DNA of 64,000 nucleotides from an uncultured delta proteobacterium. GTDB taxonomy: Bacteria > Myxococcota_A > Polyangia > Fen-1088. The position numbers and the translations under genes are program-made. The stretch lies in assembly GCA_963737265.1 (NCBI GenBank), contig CAVTRY010000011.1, forward strand, positions 1,152,001-1,216,000. Direction: 5' to 3'. Under the pieces are notes generated by a model. That model did no database searches. It had not been told where the DNA came from and saw only the letters and a list, made by a program, of their open reading frames with translations. Positions 39,145 through 47,760 of the stretch are shown here, in pieces. Each line of letters starts with the position of its first letter. Position 1 is the stretch's first letter.

Positions 39145-40564
39145 TTACAGCTTACGTGCTCGCCTGGGATGGATTGTGTAGTTCCATTCACCGTGGAACG
39201 GCAACCGGGTGATACTGAGTTCCGCCAATTCCTCGTCAGTGATCCGTCGGCCGACTGGGTACTTGCGCCGATCGAGACGACACTGGACTGCGAGTCCCTT
39301 TGCTGTGGTCGTTCCTGCAATCAGGCCCACGATTGTCTCGTAGTCACGTAACGGCTCACCCCGCCAGTTCGACGAGATGAATGAAAAGAGCCGGTGCTCG
39401 ACCTTGTTCCATTTGCTCGTTCCTGGCGGAAAGTGGCACACCTTGATCGATAGACCGGTCTGATCGGAAAGTCGCTGCAGTTCGACCTTCCACAAGCGCA
39501 GCCTGTAGCCGTTGCTGCCGCCAGAGTCAGCCGTGACCAGCAGCTGGGTGGACTGAGGATACAAGTGCCTTCCTTCGTGCTGCCACCATCCGCGTATCGA
39601 CGCTACCGCGAACGCCGCCGTGTCGTGGTCGGTTCCGACATTCACGAATCCCGTGTTGCGTGCCATGTCGTAGATGCCATATGGGTACGCGCGGGGCACT
39701 GACGGATCCGGGAAGTCGTGGCCGTTCACCACGTCGGCAGTCCCGTTGAGTCGCCACTGCTGTCCGGCGTTTCGATAGTTTCCGACGAGTTCTTTCTTCT
39801 TGGTGTCCACCGAAATCACAGGGCACATCTCCGCCATCGTACGTCGCACCTCTCGATTGATGTGCCGAAACTGGGCATCGCGATCCGGATGATCCTCCCA
39901 GGGCCATCGCATCATCCTACATCGACGCAGGATCCATCAGAGTCTCGGCCATTTCTGGAAGGTTTTCCCCTGGGGTCGGTGCGCGCGCCGGTGTGCAGGC
40001 AGGTTCGGCAGCGCGCACGGGCGCGGAGACCGGCATAACTATCGGCATCTCCGCAAGATCACTTACAATTTAGATGCGTTGGCCCTGATGATCCTCCCCC
40101 TCTTCGGTCTTCCTGTTCCCCTGCAAGCTATAGTCCATGTCTCGTAGAAGTTGGGCAACCTTCTCGTGGCTTATTGGGTGGCGGCGCGCAGTCAACTCCA
40201 GAGCGAGGGCCCGAGTGCTCTTGCATGTCCACCGAAGCGGCGATTCCGGATCGCCGAGGGTAAGCGGCTCCACCAGCGACTCAAGCAGCCGCGGCAGCTC
40301 GGGATCGTATGTCACCAGTTTCGGGCGTCCGGCTCCCTTCCGTCGAACTCGCTCTCCATGCAGAGGTTTCTGTCGCAGTTCCTTCACGCCCTTCGTAATG
40401 GTCACCCGTGACAGGCCGCATGCGCGACTCACGAGACTCACGCCGCCATAGCCAATATTGGTGGCCTCCGCCGCCGCAAGCATACGCCGAGCACGCTCAC
40501 TCAAGTGTGGCCACACCAGACGGAACTTCCCTTTGAGACTTTGTGTCGGGTCCAATCGGCTCAA
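39145..40564 (-). pseudogene. ISAzo13 transposase interrupted by a MITE
   Basis: GDPESPLRWT..EEGEDH | PDRDAQF..ISVDTKKKE..ADSGGSN..SKWNKVEHR..GEWNY. Confidence 0.92.
39899..40087. mobile_element. 189-bp MITE / internally deleted IS
   Basis: IR CAGGGCCAWCGCATC; 10-bp DR ATGATCCTCC. Confidence 0.9.
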
Positions 40565-41063
40565 ATGGTACTGCGGCAGACGCTCATGTAAAGTTTATTT
40601 CTTGACGGCACCTTAACGGCAATCGTTCGACAATCGGGACCGCGACTTGGGGCGTTTGGAGTTCTGGCGGCGAAGGCCATTGCTGCTCGGTCGCAATTCG
40701 GCCTTCGCCCGACAACGATCTTCTCGGTTGGGGCGGTGGCCTCCAGGATTCTGGGCCGACTGTGAAGGGCATTGATCGCCGGAATTGCCCCGAAGGAGCT
40801 GCGACTCCGCCGCTGCAATCGGGGCTGTGCAGGCCACACGTTGGCGCCGACCGGCGTAGATTCGGCGCCGACATCACCACTCGGGCGACTGATCTCACGG
40901 TCGTGCTTCCGCGGGAACGCAGTGGCCGGCGTGCTGACGCCGAATATGGGCGACCATCGCAGGTTTTCGACAAGCGCGTTCTGCGTCCCCGCGGAAATCA
41001 TCTCGGCTTGTGGATGCGTCTCTGCCGCGATGGCCGGCCGAAGTTTGAAGGGGCGGTCCCGTT

Positions 41064-41226
41064 GTCGAACAAGCCGATGACGACGAAGGCCGTCAGCTCT
41101 CGGTCGGAGTCCAACTAGCCGGGGCCGCGCGGCTCAACAGATCAACGGTGGGCGCCGCGCGGCCCCGGCAGTGCTACTATCGAGCCGCCGGGACGGCCCT
41201 CGCCGCTTATCGGCAGATCGTTGGAC
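41064..41226 (+). other. Long atypical attC (163 bp)
   Basis: GTCGAACAAGCCGATGA..CCGGGGCCGCGCGGC/GCCGCGCGGCCCCGG..TTATCGGCAGATCGTTGGAC. Confidence 0.8.
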
Positions 41227-41592
41227 GGACCGATCATCGGTGATTGAGAAATGAACCTCAGCACTTGCCAAAATCCCATTCACTGCTCCTCTGCGCTCTA
41301 CTTTCAGGATGCGGCACGGGCGGCGCATCCAAGAGCAGTGCCGCTCGCAGCTTCTCGGTGGACCCCAGCAGCAGATATTGGCGCGCTGGCGCGCCAATTG
41401 GGTCTCTGTAGACGGCGGACGACTTCCGTCGTGATCTGACGGTCGACAGCGTTACCGCTTCTTGCGTTGGGCCGAACGGAATCCCGGGAGGGCTCGTGAT
41501 CGTGGTCGAACGGGTGCGTCCCGCGCCTCGAGTCAGCGGTGATGTGCAGCTCGCAGCAGCAGCGCCTTGGACGGATGCGTGTCACTTTGGGC

Positions 41593-41647
41593 TTGCACCT
41601 CCGCTACTAAGCGTTACTATGTACCTGTAGTCAGTGACGTTAAGTAG
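41593..41647 (+). promoter_or_regulatory. Promoter and inverted-repeat operator of the padR unit
   Basis: TTGCAC-16-TACTAT; CTACTAAGCGTTACT..AGTGACGTTAAGTAG. Confidence 0.6.
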
Positions 41648-41665
41648 ATCATCAAGGAGCTGTTC

Positions 41666-41995
41666 GTGGGCAAGCAAATAACGGAAATGCTTAAGGGAAT
41701 CCTAGAGGGCATCGTCCTCGCGATCCTGTCTGTGCGGCCCGCGTACGGCTACGAGATCACGGCGCGGCTTCGAGCGCAGGGCTTCTCCGACATCGCCGAG
41801 GGCACCGTCTACGCCCTGCTCGTCAGGATGGAGCAGCGCGACCTCGTCGACGTGGAGAAGGTCCTGTCCGAGAAGGGACCGCCGCGGAAGGTGTACTCGC
41901 TCAACGCTCGGGGGCGGGAATACCTCGAAGAGTTCTGGAGAACCTGGAGCTTCCTCGCTGAACGCCTGGAACAGCTCCATGAAGGAGGCAGATGA
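41666..41995 (+). CDS. PadR-family regulator
   Basis: LKGILE..AYGYEI..EGTVYALL..GPPRKVYSL. Confidence 0.93.
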   Translation: MGKQITEMLKGILEGIVLAILSVRPAYGYEITARLRAQGFSDIAEGTVYALLVRMEQRDLVDVEKVLSEKGPPRKVYSLNARGREYLEEFWRTWSFLAERLEQLHEGGR

Positions 41996-41996
41996 C

Positions 41997-42392
41997 ATGT
42001 TCATTTCAAAGTTCATAGCGAAGGTGATTGGCGAGAAGGGGCAATGGCGGCAGTACAAAGCGCGCGCAAGACAACTTCCCGCGAGCTATCGCACGGCAGT
42101 TGAGGCGCTGGAGCGGTACCTGATGTACCTCGGGGGCGGGGATGACGGGACTGCGATTTTCGCGGACCTCGTCGACCTGTTCGAACAGAGCGCGGCGAAC
42201 CGGACCCCGATCCGCCAGATCGTCGGGGAAGACCCCGTCGAGTTCATCGAGACGTTTGTCCGAAACTACCCGAACGGTCAGTGGATCACCAGGGAGCGAG
42301 AACGGCTGACCAACGCCATCCAGCGCGCCGCCGAAGAAGAAGCGAGAGAAGCGAGCTCAAATCCTCTGGAAAAGAAAGGCGGGGAAAAATGA
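41997..42392 (+). CDS. DUF1048 protein
   Basis: EKGQWRQYKAR..LPASYR..DLVDLFEQSAA..IVGEDPVEF. Confidence 0.85.
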   Translation: MFISKFIAKVIGEKGQWRQYKARARQLPASYRTAVEALERYLMYLGGGDDGTAIFADLVDLFEQSAANRTPIRQIVGEDPVEFIETFVRNYPNGQWITRERERLTNAIQRAAEEEAREASSNPLEKKGGEK

Positions 42393-43633
42393 TTCGGACG
42401 ACGAGCGAAACACTCTTGCGGGGACACGTCGAGGACGGCTGGGGGAAGGTGGCCGATGTCTTCCGGGCGAACTTCGAAGGGAGCCCCGGAGAGGTCGGCG
42501 CGGCGTGCTGCGTCTACGTGGACGGCCGCCCCGTCGTCGACTTGTGGGGCGGCCTCGCCGACCGAGACACGAACCGGCCGTGGGACAGGGACACCATCGT
42601 TGCCGTCGCATCCACGACCAAAGGCGCCGCCGCGATCTGCGCGCATCTGCTGGTCCAGCGAGGCAAGCTGGATCTGGACGAACCGGTGGTCAGGTACTGG
42701 CCGGAGTTCGGCGCTGCCGGCAAGGAGCAGATTCCGGTGCGCTGGCTGCTCTCACACCAGGCCGGCCTGCCGATCGTCGACGGACCGCTGACCTTCGAGG
42801 AGGCCTGCGCTTGGCATCCGGTAATCCGGGCGCTCGAGGCGCAGAAGCCGTTGTGGCAGCCGGGCACCGAGCACGTCTACCACAGCATGACCTTCGGGTT
42901 CCTGGTCGGAGAGCTGGTACGGCGGATCACCGGCAAGTCGCTCGGCACGTTCTTCGCCGAGGAGATCGCCGCTCCGCTTGGGCTGAGCGCCTGGATCGGG
43001 CTGCCCGAGGAGCAAGAGGGACGGGTGGCCGGGGTCGCGTACGCCGCTCCGTTCACGATGGAGGAGATGACCGCCGGGATGATCGAGACCACTGGCCTCG
43101 ATAGGGCCACGGTCATCGCCTGGATGAACGCCGTGTGGAGTCCGGACTCCGTGCAAGCCCGCGCCGGCGTGCTCGGCGGCGCTCTCGATCCCGCCAGCGG
43201 TTACATGAACACGCGGGCCTGGCGCGCTGCCGAGTTCCCGGCCGCGAACATGTGGGCGGACGCTCGATCGCTGGCCCGCATGTATGCGGCCACGGTGAGC
43301 GAGGTCGACGGCGTGCGGCTGCTGGAACCAGCCACGGTCGAGAGAATGATCGTCGTCCAGACCGACAAGACACGGATGAACGGCCTGCCGCCGGGACTCG
43401 ATATTCCGGCCAACCGCTCCTTCTACATGTCGCTCGGGTTCTGGCGGGCATGCCCACCGATGCCCTGGGCCGGGCCGCGCTCGTTCGGCCACCCCGGCTC
43501 CGGCGGATCGGTCGCCTTTGCCGAGCCCGATGCCGGTGTCGGCTTCGGCTACGTGACGAATCTGTGGTCATTCAGGATTGGCGAACCGCGCGCGTCGAAC
43601 CTGGCCGCGGCGGTCGTGGCCTGCCTCGGGTGA
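42389..43633 (+). CDS. Serine hydrolase, beta-lactamase/esterase family
   Basis: SxxK (STTK), LLSHQAGL, YHS, FGHPGSGG. Confidence 0.92.
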   Translation: MIRTTSETLLRGHVEDGWGKVADVFRANFEGSPGEVGAACCVYVDGRPVVDLWGGLADRDTNRPWDRDTIVAVASTTKGAAAICAHLLVQRGKLDLDEPVVRYWPEFGAAGKEQIPVRWLLSHQAGLPIVDGPLTFEEACAWHPVIRALEAQKPLWQPGTEHVYHSMTFGFLVGELVRRITGKSLGTFFAEEIAAPLGLSAWIGLPEEQEGRVAGVAYAAPFTMEEMTAGMIETTGLDRATVIAWMNAVWSPDSVQARAGVLGGALDPASGYMNTRAWRAAEFPAANMWADARSLARMYAATVSEVDGVRLLEPATVERMIVVQTDKTRMNGLPPGLDIPANRSFYMSLGFWRACPPMPWAGPRSFGHPGSGGSVAFAEPDAGVGFGYVTNLWSFRIGEPRASNLAAAVVACLG

Positions 43634-43953
43634 TGTATCACCTCCTCGCGTATGACGGGTCGTCTGAGTTGCTGAAGCTGGTCCACGTCCGGATGCTGGC
43701 CGAGGCAGGCGTCCCGCTGGCCGAGATCGGAGCCCTGCTCAACCGTCATTTTTCGACGGATTCACATTGCGGTCTACACGTCCCCCAGCGATTTGCTCCG
43801 GAGGTGGAGTTTGTGTGGAGCATGACAGGCAACATTGTGTCGGAGGTCCACTCGTGGCTCGGCGGCGGACCGTTCAATGGGGCGGGCCTAGCTAGCGGTT
43901 ACGACGTACTGGATCCGACCGTGCGGATGCAACCTCACGATCTCTTCGCGGCC

Positions 43954-44058
43954 GTCCAACAAGCCGTTGCAGACTGACAATCCCGCCGCCGGGACATCGT
44001 GTAGAATCGAGGCGCCGACTCGGCGGCGGGCTTGCATCTGAACGGCAAGGCGTTCGGC
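43954..44058 (+). other. attC (long family)
   Basis: GTCCAAC..GTTCGGC; R'' complementary to the cassette start GTTGGACGG. Confidence 0.93.
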
Positions 44059-44108
44059 GGACGTGTCATCGCGGGGACCATACGTCGGCGATGTGCTATT
44101 CTTCCACC

Positions 44109-44309
44109 GTGCTAGCAACGAAGCAAAGGGTGAAGGATCTTCTCGATCGGCTGCCTGATGATTGCAGCCTTGAGGATGTCGTCTACCATCTGTACGTCAT
44201 TCAGAAAGTCGAGGCCGGGCTTGCTGACGTGGATGCCGGCAGGCTGATCCCCCACGATGTTGTCGCTGCGGAGCTTCGTCGTAAGTGGCTGGCGGGAAGC
44301 GAGCAGTAG
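44109..44309 (+). CDS. Putative antitoxin
   Basis: LLDRLPDDCSLEDVVYHLYV..GLADVDAGRLIPH upstream of a RelE/ParE gene; TGcTATTCT before the GTG. Confidence 0.8.
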   Translation: MLATKQRVKDLLDRLPDDCSLEDVVYHLYVIQKVEAGLADVDAGRLIPHDVVAAELRRKWLAGSEQ

Positions 44310-44596
44310 TTTGGACTCCCGCCGCGCGGGACTGTCTCGACGAGGCATTGCAGTTCATCGCGGCCGATTCACCAGCCGCAGCTGCAAAGGTTCTGGAAGT
44401 CGTGCTTGCCGCTGCGGAATCATTGTCGGTCTTCTCCGAACGCGGTCGCATGGTCCCGGAGATTGGGAGCCGGTCCGTCCGCGAGATCTTCGTCTATCGG
44501 TTTCGGGTTATGTATCAGGTCTCGTCGCGGGAGGTGTGTATTCTCGCGGTCTTGCACGGAGCGATGGACTTCGATCGATGGCTTCGACACACGTAG
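44285..44596 (+). CDS. RelE/ParE-family toxin
   Basis: VVWTPAARDCL..GRMVPE..VREIF..FRVMY..ILAVLHG. Confidence 0.9.
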   Translation: MAGGKRAVVWTPAARDCLDEALQFIAADSPAAAAKVLEVVLAAAESLSVFSERGRMVPEIGSRSVREIFVYRFRVMYQVSSREVCILAVLHGAMDFDRWLRHT

Positions 44597-44600
44597 CGCC

Positions 44601-44666
44601 GCCGAACAAGCCGTTGCAGTCGACGGTCGCCTTCGGCGCCCACCGCTTAACGGCAAAGCATTGGGC
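44601..44666 (+). other. attC (short) with mutated core ATTGGGC
   Basis: GCCGAAC..GTTGCAG..GCTTAAC..ATTGGGC. Confidence 0.85.
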
Positions 44667-44705
44667 GGACCTACTCTCTCGGCGGGCTGCTAGTCTAGCG
44701 GCTTG

Positions 44706-44831
44706 GTTCAACATGCCGTTGCAGCTCTCGTAGGCAGTGCAAGTAAAAAGAACAGGGAGTGATTCGGGTCGTCTGGGCACAGATGGTCGGCCGCGGACGG
44801 CCGCTCGCAGCTTAACGGCAAAGCGTTAGGC
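44706..44831 (+). other. attC carrying a ~56-bp IS110 end remnant (44726-44781), preceded by an IS91-like end remnant
   Basis: TAGCGGCTTGGTTCAAC..GTTGCAGC|TCTCGTAGGCAGTGCAAG..GGGCAC matches 14368 onward; right arm ends GTTAGGC. Confidence 0.85.
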
Positions 44832-44849
44832 GTATTCCACGGAGTTCAA

Positions 44850-45182
44850 ATGGTCAGCTGCTATTTGCGATATGTCATTGATCCTCACAAGCTTCCCGAA
44901 TTTGAAGCGTACGCGAAGATGTGGATCCCGTTAGTCGAGCGGTTTGGTGGTCAACACCACGGCTACTTTCTTCCACACGAGGGCCCCAACAACATCGCAA
45001 TAGCACTGTTCAGCTTCCCGAGCTTGGCTGCCTACGAGGACTACAGGCGTAAGGCAGCGACTGATCCAGAGTGCCAGGCAGCCATGTCCTACTACAGGGA
45101 GACACGCTGCTTTCTGAGCTTTGAACGCAGTTTCATGCGCCCGGTGCTCGGGGAAGGAAACGCCCAACAAGTAGGCGTTTGA
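44850..45182 (+). CDS. Cassette: NIPSNAP-family protein
   Basis: CYLRYVIDP..FEAYAK..GGQHHGYFLPHEG..FPSLAAYEDYR. Confidence 0.88.
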   Translation: MVSCYLRYVIDPHKLPEFEAYAKMWIPLVERFGGQHHGYFLPHEGPNNIAIALFSFPSLAAYEDYRRKAATDPECQAAMSYYRETRCFLSFERSFMRPVLGEGNAQQVGV

Positions 45183-45762
45183 TCCGGCCGCAGCCATAGA
45201 TATTCCCCTGACTGGCTGAATTCGCGCGCGGCCGGATTGAACGTCTGGTTGAGCCAAGCCGCGGGTTCGGGAGGAGAAGTGACTCTTCTGCCCATGGGCA
45301 AAGCAGGTCGACTTTTCGAGCAGCGGGGCGATCGGGACGATGCTTTTGCTGGGGTCGGAGGTTGTCGACGGTCGCGAGTGAACCGAGAAAACGAGAATCG
45401 TGCGTGCTCGAAGGCGCGGGAAACCCGTCGCCCACGACGAACGCACAGAGGTTTCCATGGCCGTCGAAATGAAGACGACAGCCTGGTTGCAGGCGACAGC
45501 TCCAAGCGAGAGGACATTCATGACGAGTCGAGCGGCGGGGCGCGCCCAATCTTGCTATGCCAGCGCGCGAATTCGACTGCCTCGGACTTCCAAGGCTTGC
45601 CTCATGACCTCAACCATCCGAACCGCCGGATGCGGACCCGCATGTCCGGTGGTGTGGGAGGGGCGCAGCGGGCAATTCCGCTGCCCCCTATCCCGATCAA
45701 GGCCTTGCGTCCGACGATCGGCCGCGGACGGCCGCTCGCGGGTGAACGCCAAGGCGTTCGGC
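45162..45762 (+). other. attC interrupted by unknown DNA and an intron remnant
   Basis: GCCCAACAAG..; rest of the site (CAAGGCCTTGC..GGTGAAC..GTTCGGC) at 45698-45762. Confidence 0.7.
45571..45697 (+). mobile_element. 3' remnant of a second group IIC intron
   Basis: FDCLGLPRLAS*, DV GAACCGCCGGATGCGGACCCGCATGTCCGGTGGTG, DVI ending CCTATCCCGAT. Confidence 0.9.
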
Positions 45763-45784
45763 GGACATCCGAAGCCACGCGAAT

Positions 45785-45829
45785 CCGGTACAGGCTAGAC
45801 CGGTACAGGCTAGACCGGTACAGGCTAGA
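45785..45829 (+). repeat. 15-bp tandem repeat x3
   Basis: CCGGTACAGGCTAGA repeated exactly three times. Confidence 0.95.
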
Positions 45830-45844
45830 CCTGCCGGTGCCAAG

Positions 45845-46866
45845 CCCGACGTGCTACTATCCCCTTGGCCAGTTTGCGCATGAGCGCGACGGCCGCGCGC
45901 GGGGCGCGGCCACCGTCCCGCTGCCTTTTGCGCTGGTACCAGGCGTTGGCGATGGGGTCGGCCTGAATCCAGCGAAAGACGGCGAGCCACAGAAGCTGGC
46001 GCACGCGAGATGGGCCGCGCTTGGTGATCTTGATTTGGCCCTGCACGGTGCCGCTGCTCTTCTCCTTGAGGTTGAGGCCCATCGCCTTGAGGAAGGCGCG
46101 GGTGCCAGAGAACGACCTTGCATCGCCGACCTCGGCGAAGATCGCGGCGGCGGTGGTGTGGCCGACGACGGGCGCGAGAGCGGCGGCGGGCGTGGTGGCG
46201 GCGAGTTGGTCGACCTTAGTTTTGGCCGCGGCGAAGGCGCGATGTGCTCGATACCCCGTCGGCGATGGCCATCAAAGCGTCGCGTTCAAGGCCGACTAGC
46301 GGGACGCCGACGGATGTCCTGGCCGATGCGATGACGGCGGCGATCTTGTCGTCGGCAATGAGCCTGCGGCTGATACCAAGCAGAAGCTTGGTGGCCTGGT
46401 CCGGGGCAGCGGCGACAGCGGCTGGCCCGCCAATGCGCGCGAGCAGCGCCATGAGCGACGACGAGGTCAACTCGATCAGCGTGGGCAACTCAGGCCAGTG
46501 GCGAGCGAGCCAGCTTTCCAGGCGATGCACGAGCCGCAGATAGCGCTCCTGGTGCAGGTCCAAAATGGCGAGCGCTGCGTGGAGCTGGCGGCGTTCTGGA
46601 ACCTCGTCGGGCAGGCGGGTGGACAGGCCATCGGCGTGCAGCCTGGCGATGATGGCGGCAGCCTTGGCGTCGTGAAGACTGGGTACGCCGTCGAAGATTT
46701 CCTTGGCATCGTGGGTGCGCTTGCCGCTGACCATGAACACGGGGAATGCATACTCTTCGAGCTGGTGGCGAAGCACATCGCCGTAGGTGCCGGAAGGCTC
46801 CATCACGGTTTCGACGGTGATGCCAGCGGCGCGGAACCTGCGCCTTTTTCATCAACTACCTTTAGC
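45845..46866 (-). pseudogene. Degenerate second IS110 copy (deletions, frameshift)
   Basis: Closely similar to 14885..16153; same end CAACTACCTTTAGC abutting an attC right half. Confidence 0.9.
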
Positions 46867-46917
46867 TGAATGTCGGCCGCAGACGGCCGCCCGCCGCTGG
46901 ACGGCAAGGCGTTAGCC
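46867..46917 (+). other. Right half of an attC
   Basis: GTCGGCCGCAGACGGCCGCCCGCCGCTGGACGGCAAGGCGTTAGCC, like the 33067 site. Confidence 0.85.
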
Positions 46918-46964
46918 CGAGCTCGGGAAATCGTCGCAAATAGTATCTCCTGTGATACCATAAG

Positions 46965-47381
46965 ATGGTGCGTGTGGTTCTTGATACTTGCGTGCTTGTC
47001 GCGGCCTGGCGATCCAGCCTGGGCGCTTCATTTGAGATCATGCGGCTTCTCCGACGGAGAAGGTTCGAGATCGCCGTGTCTGTTCCCCTGGTCGTCGAGT
47101 ATGAGTCCGCATTGCTGCGCCACCTTTCCTCGGCCCGCCGGGCGGCCGACGTCGCGTCCTTCGTCGACTACCTGTGTCTCGTCGCGCACAAGCAGGACAT
47201 CTTCTTTCTGTGGCGTCCGTTGCTTCGAGATCCGAACGACGACATGGTGGCAGAGCTTGCGGTCGCGAGTCGTGCCGACGCGATCATCACGCACAACCTG
47301 AAGGATTTCTCTGCCGCGGCCAACCTTGGTATTCGAGTCCTCACGCCAGGTTCCTTTCTGCTTCATCTTTCACGGAGATAG
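46965..47381 (+). CDS. PIN-domain toxin
   Basis: VVLDTCV..EY..LRDPNDD..LAV..IITHNLKDF. Confidence 0.92.
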   Translation: MVRVVLDTCVLVAAWRSSLGASFEIMRLLRRRRFEIAVSVPLVVEYESALLRHLSSARRAADVASFVDYLCLVAHKQDIFFLWRPLLRDPNDDMVAELAVASRADAIITHNLKDFSAAANLGIRVLTPGSFLLHLSRR

Positions 47382-47385
47382 GTAC

Positions 47386-47673
47386 ATGTCCACGCTCAGT
47401 CTCAGACTTCCCGTATCGCTTCATCGCAAGCTGTCCGATCTTGCGGAGAACGAAGGCGTTTCATTGAACCAGTTGATCAGCTCGGCTGCCGCAGAGAAGG
47501 TAGCCGCGTTGATGACCCAAGAGTACCTGTTGAATCGAGCCGGCCGCGCATCGCGGGACAAGTTCGACGCCGTGCTAGCGCGGGTTCCGAAGGTGTCCCC
47601 GGTTGCAGGTGACGAGATTCCCGCTGCGTACTTGAAGCGCCCACGCAGGAAGGGCGGGCTAACAAGCCGCTGA
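47386..47673 (+). CDS. HicB-like/RHH antitoxin
   Basis: MSTLSLRLPVSLH..AENEGVSLNQLI. Confidence 0.88.
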   Translation: MSTLSLRLPVSLHRKLSDLAENEGVSLNQLISSAAAEKVAALMTQEYLLNRAGRASRDKFDAVLARVPKVSPVAGDEIPAAYLKRPRRKGGLTSR

Positions 47674-47680
47674 CTGACTA
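47657..47680 (+). other. Truncated final attC
   Basis: GGCTAACAAGCCGCTG; GGGCTAAC complements the cassette start GTTAGCCC. Confidence 0.65.
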
Positions 47681-47760
47681 GCATCGTAGGAGCCATACCG
47701 TACCGAAGATGTCGTCTCTTGGCCCCCGCTAACGCTCGCGTTCTGACAGTGGCGCCATGT

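Larger units (their letters stand above)
39124..40612 (-). mobile_element. ISAzo13-family IS
   Basis: IRs GGCGCCGTCAAGAA / GGTGCCGTCAAGAA; 3-bp DR TTA. Confidence 0.92.
39069..40631 (+). other. attC split by ISAzo13
   Basis: GTCGAAC..GCAGCTTA | IS | TTAACGGCAATCGTTCGAC. Confidence 0.88.
13655..47680 (+). mobile_element. Integron gene-cassette array, ~14 full/split/half attC sites
   Basis: Recurrent RYYSAAC-AAGCC-GTTGCAG...GCTGAAC-GGCAAGGC-GTTCGGC sites; cassette starts complementary to their R'' boxes; co-oriented + strand genes. Confidence 0.95.

Noticed and set aside
18802-44058. Recurrent ~70-105 bp repeats as CRISPR or REP
   Set aside because: They have R''/L''/L'/R' boxes and gene-sized spacing, so they are attC sites.
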